From Bryobacteraceae bacterium (GTDB lineage: Bacteria; Acidobacteriota; Terriglobia; Bryobacterales; Bryobacteraceae), in assembly GCA_965225785.1 (NCBI GenBank), contig CBDDBV010000022.1, positions 44,803 through 108,802 on the forward strand: a stretch of 64,000 nt of DNA, given 5' to 3'. The translations under genes and the position numbers were made by a program. The notes below the pieces were generated by a model. That model did not search any database. It had not been told where the DNA came from and saw only the letters and a program-made list of their open reading frames with translations. Positions 48,648 through 58,476 of this stretch are shown here, piece by piece. Every line of letters starts with the position of its first letter. Position 1 is the first letter of the stretch.

Positions 48648-49393
48648 CGGCTCAAAGCGCGCCTCGCGCGCGCCGCGGACTCCCGCCACTTCTCGCCGGT
48701 CAACTCCCAGCCCCACTCCTCGTAGTTCAACGGCCCCGCATGCGGGGCTTGCGAGAAGTCGTACCGGGGCGCGGGCCGGAAGCGTTCAAACCGCGTGCTG
48801 AAATGGCTGAGGATCGGCCGCTGGGACGTAAAGCAGGCGAACATGCGATCCTTCCGCAACCTCGTCTCCGCATCCAGTTCCACCTCTTCCGCAGCCGGAC
48901 CGGGAAGAAACTCGCCCGGCCGGAATACCCCTCCGTATCGGTTATAAAACGCGGCCTCCACGCGCTCGGGCGCGGTGGCGCCGAGAAGCGCGCACGCGTG
49001 CTGCGCGGCGAAGGCGGTCCCATCATGATCGGGATGCCCGCCTTCATAAGGGTGGGTGACGATCGTCGACGGACGTGTCTCTGCGATCAACTCCATCACC
49101 CGTCGAGTAAGCCCCGCCAGATCGTCCGACGCTTGCTGATCGGCCAACCCAAACCGCCGCGTCGTCCGTCCACCGGCCAGCGCCAGCGCGCATTCCAACT
49201 CTCGCCACCGCGCTTCGGCGTAATCGCTTTGGTTCCGAAATCCGGCCGCGCGCGCGAAGCTCAAATCCGCCGGCGATCCGTTCGTGACATGCGCGATTAC
49301 ACAGTCCGGCCACTCAATCATCCGTCCGCCGCACGCCAGCGTTTCGTCGTCCTGGTGAGCCACCAGAACCAATACCTTGCCGGGCCGCCACAT
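48644..49393 (-). CDS. PIG-L/LmbE family deacetylase
   Basis: VAHQDDE, R..E and GGHPDH motifs. Confidence 0.9.
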   Translation of the reverse strand: MWRPGKVLVLVAHQDDETLACGGRMIEWPDCVIAHVTNGSPADLSFARAAGFRNQSDYAEARWRELECALALAGGRTTRRFGLADQQASDDLAGLTRRVMELIAETRPSTIVTHPYEGGHPDHDGTAFAAQHACALLGATAPERVEAAFYNRYGGVFRPGEFLPGPAAEEVELDAETRLRKDRMFACFTSQRPILSHFSTRFERFRPAPRYDFSQAPHAGPLNYEEWGWELTGEKWRESAARARRALSR

Positions 49394-49394
49394 C

Positions 49395-50309
49395 TTAAGC
49401 CGTCAGCGCCCTCATTGATCCGGCCATGCAATAGCGCCGCACCATACGCCCGCAAAACTCCGCAAACTCGGCCGGTTCCCGCGGTGGACTCGTGTGGTCC
49501 GGGCGCAGGCCGCGCGCGTCCGGCGTGTAGCAGAACGTCACCGTTAACTCGAACTCATCGAGCGCGCCCATCATCCGGTCGAACCACGCCTCGGCGCCCG
49601 GCCGTAGACTATCGGACCAACTCAAACCGGTCCGCAAACGCCGCACCCCCAAATCGCGCAGCCAACCGACCGCGTCATCCAGCCGGTGATCTTCAAAGTG
49701 AAACCACTGGCAGATCCCCAGTTCCGGCGTGTGGTTGTAGAAGCGCTTCAACGCCAGCTTCGGCGTGCCATCCTCGCGCAGCAGCCCCATGTAGAAGTGC
49801 CGGTAATAAGACGACCCTTCCGCTTCGCGATGTCGCGTGGTCGCGGGCCATGCGCGCGGCAAATCGTACAAGCTATACCAGTGAATCCGGTCAGCCTGGC
49901 CGGAGAGCAATTCCACCGTCCGTCGCAACCCGAAGTCTTGAACCTCTTCCGCTCCGAAAGTCGACACGCCCACTTCGGAGACCCACACCGGCAGCTTGGT
50001 CACGGCGCGAATTTCGCCCAGCTTCGCCGGCCAATCGTCGATCATCCAATGATTCCAATCGAGCGGAAACCCATGCACTGCGACCGCTTCCAGATGGTCG
50101 AGCACGCCCTGCTTTTCCATGTTCAGAAGGAACGCGGGGTCGATCGGCGAAATGCCTCCCAACACCCGCATCGGCGGACACGGCTGCGCGGCGATCGCCT
50201 GCGCGGCCAACGTCACCATGGTGCCGAAAATCTTCCACTCCGGGTCCATTTGAAAGTCCCAGTGCGAAAGGTTGTTCGGTTCATTCCAAAGCATCGCGGC
50301 TTCAATCAA
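49395..50309 (-). CDS. clan GH-A glycoside hydrolase (beta-xylosidase-like), apparently circularly permuted
   Basis: N-terminal WNEPNN, AVHGFP, VWVSEVG, and C-terminal LGVRRLRTGLSW..PP...EFAEF....VRRY. Confidence 0.8.
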   Translation of the reverse strand: MIEAAMLWNEPNNLSHWDFQMDPEWKIFGTMVTLAAQAIAAQPCPPMRVLGGISPIDPAFLLNMEKQGVLDHLEAVAVHGFPLDWNHWMIDDWPAKLGEIRAVTKLPVWVSEVGVSTFGAEEVQDFGLRRTVELLSGQADRIHWYSLYDLPRAWPATTRHREAEGSSYYRHFYMGLLREDGTPKLALKRFYNHTPELGICQWFHFEDHRLDDAVGWLRDLGVRRLRTGLSWSDSLRPGAEAWFDRMMGALDEFELTVTFCYTPDARGLRPDHTSPPREPAEFAEFCGRMVRRYCMAGSMRALTA

Positions 50310-51030
50310 GCGGGTGTCCTCCGTCCGGGTTATGGCGGCACACAAAGACTTCGCGCTCGGGGTGGGTCAGGATGTCGTACCCCGCGCTGCGCAGCATGGC
50401 TTCCGCGCAGGCGCGGTTCGGCAACCACCAGTTCGTCGGGTCATGCGAATAAGCATTCTCCACGAACACCATGCGCGGATAGCCCGGCTCTTCGAACACG
50501 GCTTCTTCTGAAAACGGGTAGTCTTCCTCGATCTCCGGAACGTCAGCAGTCCCACGCAGTAGCGACTGGAACACCAACAGGTCGCGAGTCACGTGCTCAT
50601 GCAGCAGATCGAGCGCCAGCAGCGGGTGCCGCAAGTGATACAGCACGCCCATGAAGATCACGACGTCGAACCTCTCCCGCAGTTCCGCCACGCGATAGAC
50701 CGAGAGCTTCCGGAACTCGATATCCATCCCGCGTACTTCGGCGGCGAACCGCGCCTGCGCCAGGTAGTCTTCGTCGGAGTCGATCCCGAGCACGCGGTCC
50801 GCTCCGCGCCGCTTCATCTCCATCGAGTAGAATCCGCCGTTGCATCCGATATCGAGCACCGTCTTGCCGCGCAGATCCGCCGGGATCGCGTCTGCAAAGG
50901 AGTCGAACTTGAACGCCGGATAGTTTCCCAGAAAGTGATCCGGCGCGGTCCAGACACCGTTCAGTTCCATGTTGTGAAACCAGGGGCCGAGCGCATTCAC
51001 CCGCTCGCGGACCTGTTCTTTCGTCACCAC
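50302..51030 (-). CDS. SAM-dependent methyltransferase (TIGR04290/CmoB-like)
   Basis: LGPWFHN, VLDIGCNGGFYS, FMGVLYHLRHP and DPTNWW.PN motifs. Confidence 0.88.
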   Translation of the reverse strand: MVTKEQVRERVNALGPWFHNMELNGVWTAPDHFLGNYPAFKFDSFADAIPADLRGKTVLDIGCNGGFYSMEMKRRGADRVLGIDSDEDYLAQARFAAEVRGMDIEFRKLSVYRVAELRERFDVVIFMGVLYHLRHPLLALDLLHEHVTRDLLVFQSLLRGTADVPEIEEDYPFSEEAVFEEPGYPRMVFVENAYSHDPTNWWLPNRACAEAMLRSAGYDILTHPEREVFVCRHNPDGGHPLD

Positions 51031-51770
51031 TCCGACCCTCCCGCACTCAATACTTTGATGGCATCATGGAACCCACGCAGCGTTCCGACATCCGAGTAAG
51101 TCTCGCCCGCGCGTACGGCTGCGGCCGACCCGCCGCTCTCCAGCCACGCGTTCACCAGCGTCCCGATAAACTCGTCCCGCCGCTCGCGCCGCACCCACAG
51201 CGCATGCAGCGCGCGCAGCACCGCGCCGGGCATTTGAAACGCGCCCCAGATCCATTTCGTACCGGGGTCCGGCTGCTTCACGCGAATCTCCCGCACGCCA
51301 CCCAGGTCGTCCGTCAGAACCGCGTCGAACAATTCCGGGTGCTCCACCGGGAATAGCAGGAACGATAGCCGGTCGGTGTGCAGCGTCTGGTAAGCGTCGA
51401 CCGGAAACCAGATCGTATCGGGAAGACCGACGCGGACCAGTTCCTCATCCGCGATAAACGGCAACGCGCGGAAGATGGCGTCGCACAGACCGGCGGGGTC
51501 TTCCTGCACCACGTAGCAGAAGTCCGCGCGGCCCACCGCAAGTTCGCGGCCCGAACCGTAGTACTCCAGAATGTCCGACTTGCGCGGCGAGATCACGAAG
51601 CAGATCTTCCGCGCCCCGCCCATAATCATGCGCTCGACTAAGTAGTCGCTGACGGCGCGCGGCCACTCTTCGCCTTTGTCGAAGCGGGTTCCGACCGGGA
51701 GTAGTTCCTTCGAAAACCCCAATGGCTGAATGCGGCTTCCACGTCCGGCGGCCGGCACAATGCCCCACAT
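51024..51770 (-). CDS. sugar-phosphate nucleotidyltransferase (RmlA-like)
   Basis: GIVPAAGRGSRIQPL..SKELLPV, YVVQ..P.GL and DVGT motifs. Confidence 0.88.
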   Translation of the reverse strand: MWGIVPAAGRGSRIQPLGFSKELLPVGTRFDKGEEWPRAVSDYLVERMIMGGARKICFVISPRKSDILEYYGSGRELAVGRADFCYVVQEDPAGLCDAIFRALPFIADEELVRVGLPDTIWFPVDAYQTLHTDRLSFLLFPVEHPELFDAVLTDDLGGVREIRVKQPDPGTKWIWGAFQMPGAVLRALHALWVRRERRDEFIGTLVNAWLESGGSAAAVRAGETYSDVGTLRGFHDAIKVLSAGGSEW

Positions 51771-51772
51771 CG

Positions 51773-52849
51773 CTAAACCTCCGCTCCCGCGTGAGCCGTC
51801 ACCAGCGCATCCTCAAAGTCGATCGCCCGGTGAGCGGCGGTATGCTCATCGAGCGTTCGTTCGCGCGCGCGCGCCGCCATGCGCCCCAGTTCCGCCGCAT
51901 CCCGGTCCAGCGCGCCGAGCACATCGTCCGCCGACGATGCCGTCACAATCTCCGACCCTGGTTGAAAGAACTCGTCCAGCCCCTCCCAGATATCGGTGAT
52001 CAACGGCGCACCGCACGCCGCCGCTTCGAAGAGCCGCCCGGAAGGGCAGTAGCCGTATTCCGCCATCGCCGCGCGCGTTACGTTCAGGGTCGCTCGCGAC
52101 GAGCAATAGAAGGCCGGATGATCAGCGGGAGCCACGTGCGGGTTGAAGAAGATGTTGTTGGTCCACGGAAAGGTGTTGTCGTACATCGCACCGCCCATTA
52201 CGAATCGCATCTCCGGACGTTCCCGCGCGGGTTCCACCAGCAGCCGGTTCACCGCGTCCTGGCGGTCCGCCGCCCACGTACCCAGGTACGATAGGTCTCC
52301 GCGCCAGCGCTCCACCGGGTTTGCGGGATGATGCACGTCCGGGTCGACGCTCCCATAGATCGGGACGACGCGTTTGGCTCCGAGCCGATTCCGCAGCGCC
52401 TCCAGGGCACGCCCGCCGGTATAGCTCATGACCAGATCGAAATCCGCATAGCCGCGCAAGGGCACGTAGTCTACCGTTTCACCGGCGCTCAGGCGATGCA
52501 ACGTCACCGGCGCGTCTAGGTCATAGAAGACCCGCATCGCGCGCGACGCATTCACCAGATCGGTAGCCGCTTGCGAGTCCGGGCAATAGGACGTGACCAT
52601 CGCCGGATCGGCTTCGGCCACGCGCCGCCGCGCGGTGGGAAGAACCTCCTCCCACGAGGAGTAGAGCACCAATTCCACTCCCGGTAAGCCGGTCAGATCG
52701 CGGTGAGCCGCGTACCATTCGACATCCTTCTCGAAGAACGTGATTCGATGCCCGCGCCGCGCGAGCGCCTTCAGCAAACCACGCCACAGCGTTGCATGCC
52801 CGTTGCCCCAGGACGAACTGATGGACAGCCCGAAGATGACGATGTTCAT
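51773..52849 (-). CDS. CgeB-like glycosyltransferase
   Basis: SSSWGNGHATLWRG, FYDLDAP, PSGRLFEAAACG and EHTAAHRA motifs. Confidence 0.88.
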   Translation of the reverse strand: MNIVIFGLSISSSWGNGHATLWRGLLKALARRGHRITFFEKDVEWYAAHRDLTGLPGVELVLYSSWEEVLPTARRRVAEADPAMVTSYCPDSQAATDLVNASRAMRVFYDLDAPVTLHRLSAGETVDYVPLRGYADFDLVMSYTGGRALEALRNRLGAKRVVPIYGSVDPDVHHPANPVERWRGDLSYLGTWAADRQDAVNRLLVEPARERPEMRFVMGGAMYDNTFPWTNNIFFNPHVAPADHPAFYCSSRATLNVTRAAMAEYGYCPSGRLFEAAACGAPLITDIWEGLDEFFQPGSEIVTASSADDVLGALDRDAAELGRMAARARERTLDEHTAAHRAIDFEDALVTAHAGAEV

Positions 52850-53934
52850 GCTTCAGACCTCATGCGCGCCAACGGGGCGTCAAGACATTCGGCGACGTAT
52901 TGCTCCAACTGCGCGGCGCGGTGGACCGCCGTATGTTCGGCCAACACCCGCTCTCTCGCCCGGCGTCCCAACTCCGCGCGCTCGCTCTCGTTAAAGCCTT
53001 GCAGTAGACGCAAAGCGTCCGCCGTCGAGCGAGCCACCAAAACCTCCTTGCCCGGCGTGAACAGTTCATCGAGCCCCACCCAGTAATCGCTGATGATCGG
53101 CGTCCCGCAAGCCGCCGCTTCGAACAGGCGCACGCTCGGCGAATAACCGGCCTTTACCATGTCCGCGCGCGTGATGTTCAGCGTAAACTGCTGGCCGTTA
53201 TAGAACGACCGGTGCTCGGGCGGCGGCAGATGTTCGCATCGCTCCACGTTGTCGGGCCACTCGATGGTGCTTGGATACAAGGGCCCGGCCACCGCGAACC
53301 GGCTCTTCGCGAGTTGCCGCGCAGGTTCAATTAGAAGCGCTTCCAGCGCGGGCTGGCGATCCGCGCTGTGGGTCCCGAGATAGCCCATCAGCCAATCGGG
53401 CGGGCGATGCTCGGGGTAGTACAGTTCGGGATCAACGGCGCAGTAGAGCGCCCGCGCCATCGGGGCCCCAAACTCCCGCTCAATGCGGCGCAAGACCGGG
53501 CCGCCGGTGAACGACAGATACATTCCATAGCGGGGGACGGCCGAGGCCGCCAGATACTCTTCGTCGCCGCGCTCCAGCTTGCTCAGCGTCACCGGCGTAT
53601 CGATGTCATAGAAGGCCGTGATGCCGCGCGCCGTGCGCTGCACCCAGTCGCCTACTTCGACGCCGTCGGGTACGTACGACCCGACGATCACCAGGTCGGC
53701 TGCGCGGACGGCTGGGGCATGAAAGTCGAGTCCCCGGAGGCCGTCATAAAGTTCCACGCGGGCATAGCGGAAGCCTTGAACGTCGCGGTTTTCGCGATAC
53801 CAGGGCTTGTCGCGCTCCAGAAAGAGAATGTCGTGGCCGCGATCGTGAAGGCCGCGCAGGAGCGCCCGATACGTGGTGGCATGGCCGTTGCCCCAGGACG
53901 ACGTGATCGACAAGCCGAGAACGACTATGCGCAT
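52846..53934 (-). CDS. CgeB-like glycosyltransferase
   Basis: TSSWGNGHATTYR, FYDIDTP, SPSVRLFEAAACG and EHTAVHRA motifs. Confidence 0.88.
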   Translation of the reverse strand: MRIVVLGLSITSSWGNGHATTYRALLRGLHDRGHDILFLERDKPWYRENRDVQGFRYARVELYDGLRGLDFHAPAVRAADLVIVGSYVPDGVEVGDWVQRTARGITAFYDIDTPVTLSKLERGDEEYLAASAVPRYGMYLSFTGGPVLRRIEREFGAPMARALYCAVDPELYYPEHRPPDWLMGYLGTHSADRQPALEALLIEPARQLAKSRFAVAGPLYPSTIEWPDNVERCEHLPPPEHRSFYNGQQFTLNITRADMVKAGYSPSVRLFEAAACGTPIISDYWVGLDELFTPGKEVLVARSTADALRLLQGFNESERAELGRRARERVLAEHTAVHRAAQLEQYVAECLDAPLARMRSEA

Positions 53935-55004
53935 GCCGCTCTCCGCTCGAAGATGGCGTCGAACTGCTCCGCGCGATGCGCATAAGTGTGTTCTGCGAGG
54001 ACGCGCTGCCGCGCCGCTTGGCCAATGGCGCGGGCGCGTTCCGGGTCCAGACCGCGCACCAGCGCAGCGACTTCTTCTCCGTTGTGGGCGACCAGCACTT
54101 CGCGCTCCGGTTCGAGGAACAACTCGATGCCTTCCCAATGGTCGGTGATCAGGCAGGCGCCCGCGCCGGCCGCTTCAAAGACGCGCGTGGCCGGGCTGAA
54201 GCCGAACCGCGCCATGCTTTCGCGGCTGATGTTGAGCGCGGCCGTCACCGAGCAGTTGAACGCATTGTGATCGCGCGTGAAAACGTGGCCGGCGGCGCGC
54301 ACGTTCGGCGAAACCGGTTTGTCATGCCAGCCGTTGCCGCCTAGCACAAACGAGCGCTCCGGGCAGAGCGCGGCGGCCTTCAGGAAGAACTCTTCGACGC
54401 GGGCCTCGCGATCCGGAAGACGGTTGCCGAGAAAGCCGAGATCGCCCTCCCACCGCCGATCGGGCTCCACCGGGAAGTGCGTCGAGGGATCGAGCGCGTT
54501 ATAGATGGGGATGCACTCGCTCGCACCGAAGGACTGGTATGCGCTCACCACCGGGTCGCCGCCGCCGTAGGTGAAGACGTAGTCGTACCGCGGCACTAGC
54601 GCGCGGAAAGGATCGCGCTCATCGGCCCGCATCCGTTCGAGGGTTGCGGGCGCATCCACATCCCAGAAAGCGGTCAACTGCCCGGACCGCCGTTGATCGA
54701 TAACAGCCGCTTCCAGCAACTGGTCATAGACGCCGATGCCACTCGCCTTGACTAGCATTTCGGCGGTCGCCGCTTGTTCGAGGGCGCGCAGCGCAGCTTC
54801 ATCCGAATCCCCCGCGTACGGGACGACGCGCGCGTAATCCGGATCGGCGATATCGCGATGCTGCTGACGGCCGTAGGCGTCCGGCTCATAGAACGTGATC
54901 TCATGCCCGCGGAGCGCGAGTGCGCTCAGGATGCCGCGATAGTAAGTGGCCGCGCCGTTCCAGTAGGCCGAAACAAGGCTCGATCCGAAGAACGCGATTC
55001 TCAC
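53925..55004 (-). CDS. CgeB-like glycosyltransferase
   Basis: SAYWNGAATYYRG, FWDVDAP, SPATRVFEAAGAG and EHTYAHRA motifs. Confidence 0.88.
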   Translation of the reverse strand: MRIAFFGSSLVSAYWNGAATYYRGILSALALRGHEITFYEPDAYGRQQHRDIADPDYARVVPYAGDSDEAALRALEQAATAEMLVKASGIGVYDQLLEAAVIDQRRSGQLTAFWDVDAPATLERMRADERDPFRALVPRYDYVFTYGGGDPVVSAYQSFGASECIPIYNALDPSTHFPVEPDRRWEGDLGFLGNRLPDREARVEEFFLKAAALCPERSFVLGGNGWHDKPVSPNVRAAGHVFTRDHNAFNCSVTAALNISRESMARFGFSPATRVFEAAGAGACLITDHWEGIELFLEPEREVLVAHNGEEVAALVRGLDPERARAIGQAARQRVLAEHTYAHRAEQFDAIFERRAACA

Positions 55005-56110
55005 GCCGCCACCCCCGCCCGCGCGGGCTTGAGCGCAGAGTAGATCGCCATCAGTTCCTCCACGCGGTGCGCGCAGGTGTGCCGCGCCTGAATCGTTTCC
55101 AGCCCGCGCGCGGCGAGATCCTGCGCCAGCGCTGGATCGTGGCAGACTTCGCGCATGGCGGCGCGCGTCTCTTCACCATCGCGAACCTTCAAGTAACTCC
55201 CCGGGGCGAACAGATTCTCCGCATCCCGCCAAGGCGCGCTGAGGAGCGGAATCCCGCAGGCGAGCGCTTCGAACACGCGGATGGTCGGTACGCCTTTCAG
55301 AGCTTCCGCATAAGGCCGGCGCGGGACATGCACCGTGAACCGGTACTGCGAGAAGATCCGTGGCGCCAGGTAGTTGGGCAGCCAATCCGCGTAATCCACA
55401 CGCGCCCGCTCGAGTTCCGCAAGGGCGGCCGCGGGATACCGGACGCCGTAGATGCGCGCCCGCAGACTGAGATCGCGGACGGGGTCAATCAAGAACTCCC
55501 GCAGTTCCGACGTACGCTCGTCATCGCCCCAGTTGCCGATCCAAACCAGATCGCCCGCTGTCTCGCCCGGCGGGTGAGGATAAAAGACGCGCGTGTCGGC
55601 GGCCTCGTGAAATGTCCAGACGCGTTCCGCCCAACCGCTTTTGAGATACTGCTCGCGAACGGACTCGCCGAACGCGAGCACGCCATCGTAATTGGCCAGA
55701 TCGTAGCGGGACATGCCCGCCGAGTCGGTTACCGAGCGGTGGTGGGTGTCATGGAAGAGCACGCGTAAGGTCGCGTGACGCGCCCGAGCCGACCCGATGC
55801 GGGCGACCAGTTCCGGCTCATTCCATTCGTGGACAATCGCCAGATCGACGCCATCGAGCGAGGCATCCAGGTCGAAACCCGCGGGATCGTAGACCCGCAC
55901 CGGCAGGTTCGGGTAAGCGGATCGATATCCGTCCAAGGCCGCTTCTCCAGCCGAAGCCGAAAGATTTCGGGCGCTCCAGCTATCCGACGGTTCCCACGCC
56001 GCGACATCATGCCCGCGCGCGGCAAGTTCGGTGACTAAGCCGCGGAGGAAATGGGCGTTTCCATGATTCCAGTCCGATCGAAGGGAATGACAGAAGAGAG
56101 CGATGCGCAT
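55001..56110 (-). CDS. CgeB-like glycosyltransferase
   Basis: SDWNHGNAHFLRG, FHDTHHR, PTIRVFEALACG and RHTCAHRV motifs. Confidence 0.88.
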   Translation of the reverse strand: MRIALFCHSLRSDWNHGNAHFLRGLVTELAARGHDVAAWEPSDSWSARNLSASAGEAALDGYRSAYPNLPVRVYDPAGFDLDASLDGVDLAIVHEWNEPELVARIGSARARHATLRVLFHDTHHRSVTDSAGMSRYDLANYDGVLAFGESVREQYLKSGWAERVWTFHEAADTRVFYPHPPGETAGDLVWIGNWGDDERTSELREFLIDPVRDLSLRARIYGVRYPAAALAELERARVDYADWLPNYLAPRIFSQYRFTVHVPRRPYAEALKGVPTIRVFEALACGIPLLSAPWRDAENLFAPGSYLKVRDGEETRAAMREVCHDPALAQDLAARGLETIQARHTCAHRVEELMAIYSALKPARAGVAA

Positions 56111-57177
56111 GATTCGTAGGCTTCCAGATACTCGTTCAACATGGTGGCGCTGTTCAGCTCCAGCGCCCGGGTGCGCGCGGCGACCGCTAAATGGCTTCGT
56201 TTTGCTGCGTCCGCCGCGAGGGTGTTCAAGCCGTCGCGCCAAGCGGCCGCATCGCGCGGCGGCGCGTACATCGCGGCTTCGCCCCAGATCTCGCGGAGGC
56301 TCGGGATGTCGCTGAGCATGAGCGCGCATCCGGAAAGCGCCGCTTCGAGAACGGTTAACCCAAATGGCTCGTAGAGCGCGGGATGCGCATAGATGGCGGC
56401 GCGCGAGTACCAGGCCGCCAGCACCGCCGGATCCAGACTGCCCAGCGGACGCAATTCGCCAAACAAAGCCACTTCACCATGGGGGCTTTGTTTTTCGCCG
56501 GCCACGTACATCGGCCAGTTCATTTCGGGAGCGGCATGGTCCAACACCCGCAGATTTTTCGCACCGTCCCAGAGCCGCCCGGCCGAGAGAATGAACGGAT
56601 CTTTTGAGCTTTGACAAAACAAAGCCAAATCACGCCCGTTGTAGATAACCCGCGTGTTTGCAAGGGCTCCGTATTCCCGCTGGAGTTCCGCGAGCATCGC
56701 CCGTGACGGCGCAATCACCACGCCGGCCGCGTGGAGTCCACGCCGCACCCGCTCGGTATAGTTGTGCCACAGAGCCGGTGCTTCCTCTCCGCGAACCGCA
56801 CGGAACCAGGACCGGACGCAGGAGTGCGCAACAACCAAGGCGGGTTTGTTCCACGGCAGAGCCGCGTGAACAAAACCGTTCAGGTGAATCAAGTCCGGAT
56901 CAAAGCCATCCGCCAGATCCAACAGCCAGTCGCCCGCGCGATCGACGTCGGACCACGGTTCATCCATCCACTCGAGCTTGGCTTCGTTTTGTACGAGGCG
57001 CAGCCCGGCGATCTGTTGGGCTTCGATCCGCTTCGTCTCCGTCACGCCGCCGCCCATCACCGCCAGCAGCACTTCCACGCCCCGGGCGGTCAAGCCGCGG
57101 GCCAATTCCAGCGCGTAAGTCCAGACGCCGCCCATGGCGTCCGCCGTCATAAGGATGCGCGCGGGCACCCTACCCAT
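56035..57177 (-). CDS. glycosyltransferase family 4
   Basis: ILMTADAMGGVWTY, AGRLWDGAKN and YEPFGLTVLEAA motifs. Confidence 0.9.
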   Translation of the reverse strand: MGRVPARILMTADAMGGVWTYALELARGLTARGVEVLLAVMGGGVTETKRIEAQQIAGLRLVQNEAKLEWMDEPWSDVDRAGDWLLDLADGFDPDLIHLNGFVHAALPWNKPALVVAHSCVRSWFRAVRGEEAPALWHNYTERVRRGLHAAGVVIAPSRAMLAELQREYGALANTRVIYNGRDLALFCQSSKDPFILSAGRLWDGAKNLRVLDHAAPEMNWPMYVAGEKQSPHGEVALFGELRPLGSLDPAVLAAWYSRAAIYAHPALYEPFGLTVLEAALSGCALMLSDIPSLREIWGEAAMYAPPRDAAAWRDGLNTLAADAAKRSHLAVAARTRALELNSATMLNEYLEAYESCASLSSVIPFDRTGIMETPISSAA

Positions 57178-58459
57178 TGCCGATTTGCACCAATTCCAAT
57201 TCCCGCAGCGCCCTGGGACGGGATTCCTGAATATCGCTGAACTCGTCGAAGCTGCCCAGGTATTGCGCGTGGGCGCGCTCCCACGCCTGGTCGTCCGGCG
57301 CGCCCCATCGCCGAGTGTATTCGGGAGACCCGGGATACGGGAACAGGGGCACGGGCTTATTGGCCCATACGCCCGCAGCGTTCAGACGAAGGCGGAACGC
57401 TTCCACTTCATCGGGATGGTCTTCCCGCATCTCAATCAGGTTGGCCTGAACAAAGGGCACAAGCTGCTTGGCGAAGATGAGCCGCTCGGCGAGTTCATCG
57501 GTGGTCACCTTGCATTTTTTGTCGAGCATCTCACGGCCGGCTTCAGTGATGCTCTCGACACCCGCTTCAATGGACACGCAACCGGCGCGGCCGAGGAGAC
57601 CGATCATCTCATGGCTCCAGAGGTCGATCCGAGTCTGGACGCCAAACTTCAGCCGCCGCTCCGCCAAAGCCTCCAGCAATTCCCGGTTCGGCAGGAAGAT
57701 CTCGTCGATGAAGTAAATGTACTCAACACCCTGCCGGAGCAGTCCATCCAACTCTTCCAGAATGACCGGCAAAGGCCGCCGCCGGTACTTGTCGCGGAAG
57801 TTGTCTTTCGCGCAGAACGTGCAGTGATACGGACAGCCGCGCGATGTTTCCATTTCCGCGCCGGGCCCGCATGGCTCCTTATCAAAACGATGATGGTGGT
57901 GCGTGTGACGCAAGACAAAGCCATCCGGCCAGGCGAGCGCCGGAAGCTTCGCCATATCGGCCGAATGGGTTCCGCCTTGCACCACGGGCGCGCCCGATTC
58001 CCAGTGACAAATGGAATGGATCGACGGCCATGGCTGGCCGAGCAGGGGGAGAATCTCTTCGCACTCGCCCATCACCACCAGATCCGCGCGTGTTTTCCGC
58101 AACGTGGCGGCGGGGGTGGTGGAACCGTGCGGTCCTACAATCACTATACGCCCGCCCACGCCGCGGAGAAGGTCAGCGGTTTCGATGGGAACGCGTAATT
58201 CGGGCGGGGCACAGCGCCAGAACAGGTAACTGGGAGCAGTCGTAATCACCGAAAAATCGGGACAAAAGGCTGTGACCCGCCGCCTTACCTCGGCCGTATC
58301 CAGGTTTTCCAACTGCGCATCGACCAGGAGCGGCTCATACCCGGCGGCGATGAGCAGTTGCTGGGCATAGCCGAATTCCAGCGGCAGATGCGGCTCCCGG
58401 CAACCGAAGTAAATGCTGCCGTCGAAGTTCCAGTTGGGATTGATCAGGGCGTAGCGCAT
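57170..58459 (-). CDS. B12-binding domain / radical SAM protein (TIGR04295-like, rhizo-twelve system)
   Basis: ALINP.W.FDGSIYFGCREPHLP, YLFWRCAPPEL, VGPH, GECE, SRGCPYHCTFC, FIDEIF and EAGVES motifs. Confidence 0.88.
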   Translation of the reverse strand: MRYALINPNWNFDGSIYFGCREPHLPLEFGYAQQLLIAAGYEPLLVDAQLENLDTAEVRRRVTAFCPDFSVITTAPSYLFWRCAPPELRVPIETADLLRGVGGRIVIVGPHGSTTPAATLRKTRADLVVMGECEEILPLLGQPWPSIHSICHWESGAPVVQGGTHSADMAKLPALAWPDGFVLRHTHHHHRFDKEPCGPGAEMETSRGCPYHCTFCAKDNFRDKYRRRPLPVILEELDGLLRQGVEYIYFIDEIFLPNRELLEALAERRLKFGVQTRIDLWSHEMIGLLGRAGCVSIEAGVESITEAGREMLDKKCKVTTDELAERLIFAKQLVPFVQANLIEMREDHPDEVEAFRLRLNAAGVWANKPVPLFPYPGSPEYTRRWGAPDDQAWERAHAQYLGSFDEFSDIQESRPRALRELELVQIGNG

Positions 58460-58476
58460 GGGGTGTAAACCACCTC

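Noticed and set aside
47666-50452. 928-aa plus-strand ORF
   Set aside because: Arg/Pro/Ala-rich shadow frame antisense to four well-supported cassette genes; no recognisable motifs.
50302-51030. Methyltransferase as tRNA mo5U34 enzyme CmoB
   Set aside because: Shorter than CmoB, lacking its N-terminal region, and embedded in a glycosyltransferase cassette.
51773-56110. CgeB-like genes as evidence of sporulation
   Set aside because: The name reflects the founding Bacillus member; the organism has LPS and TonB genes, and no sporulation genes are present here.
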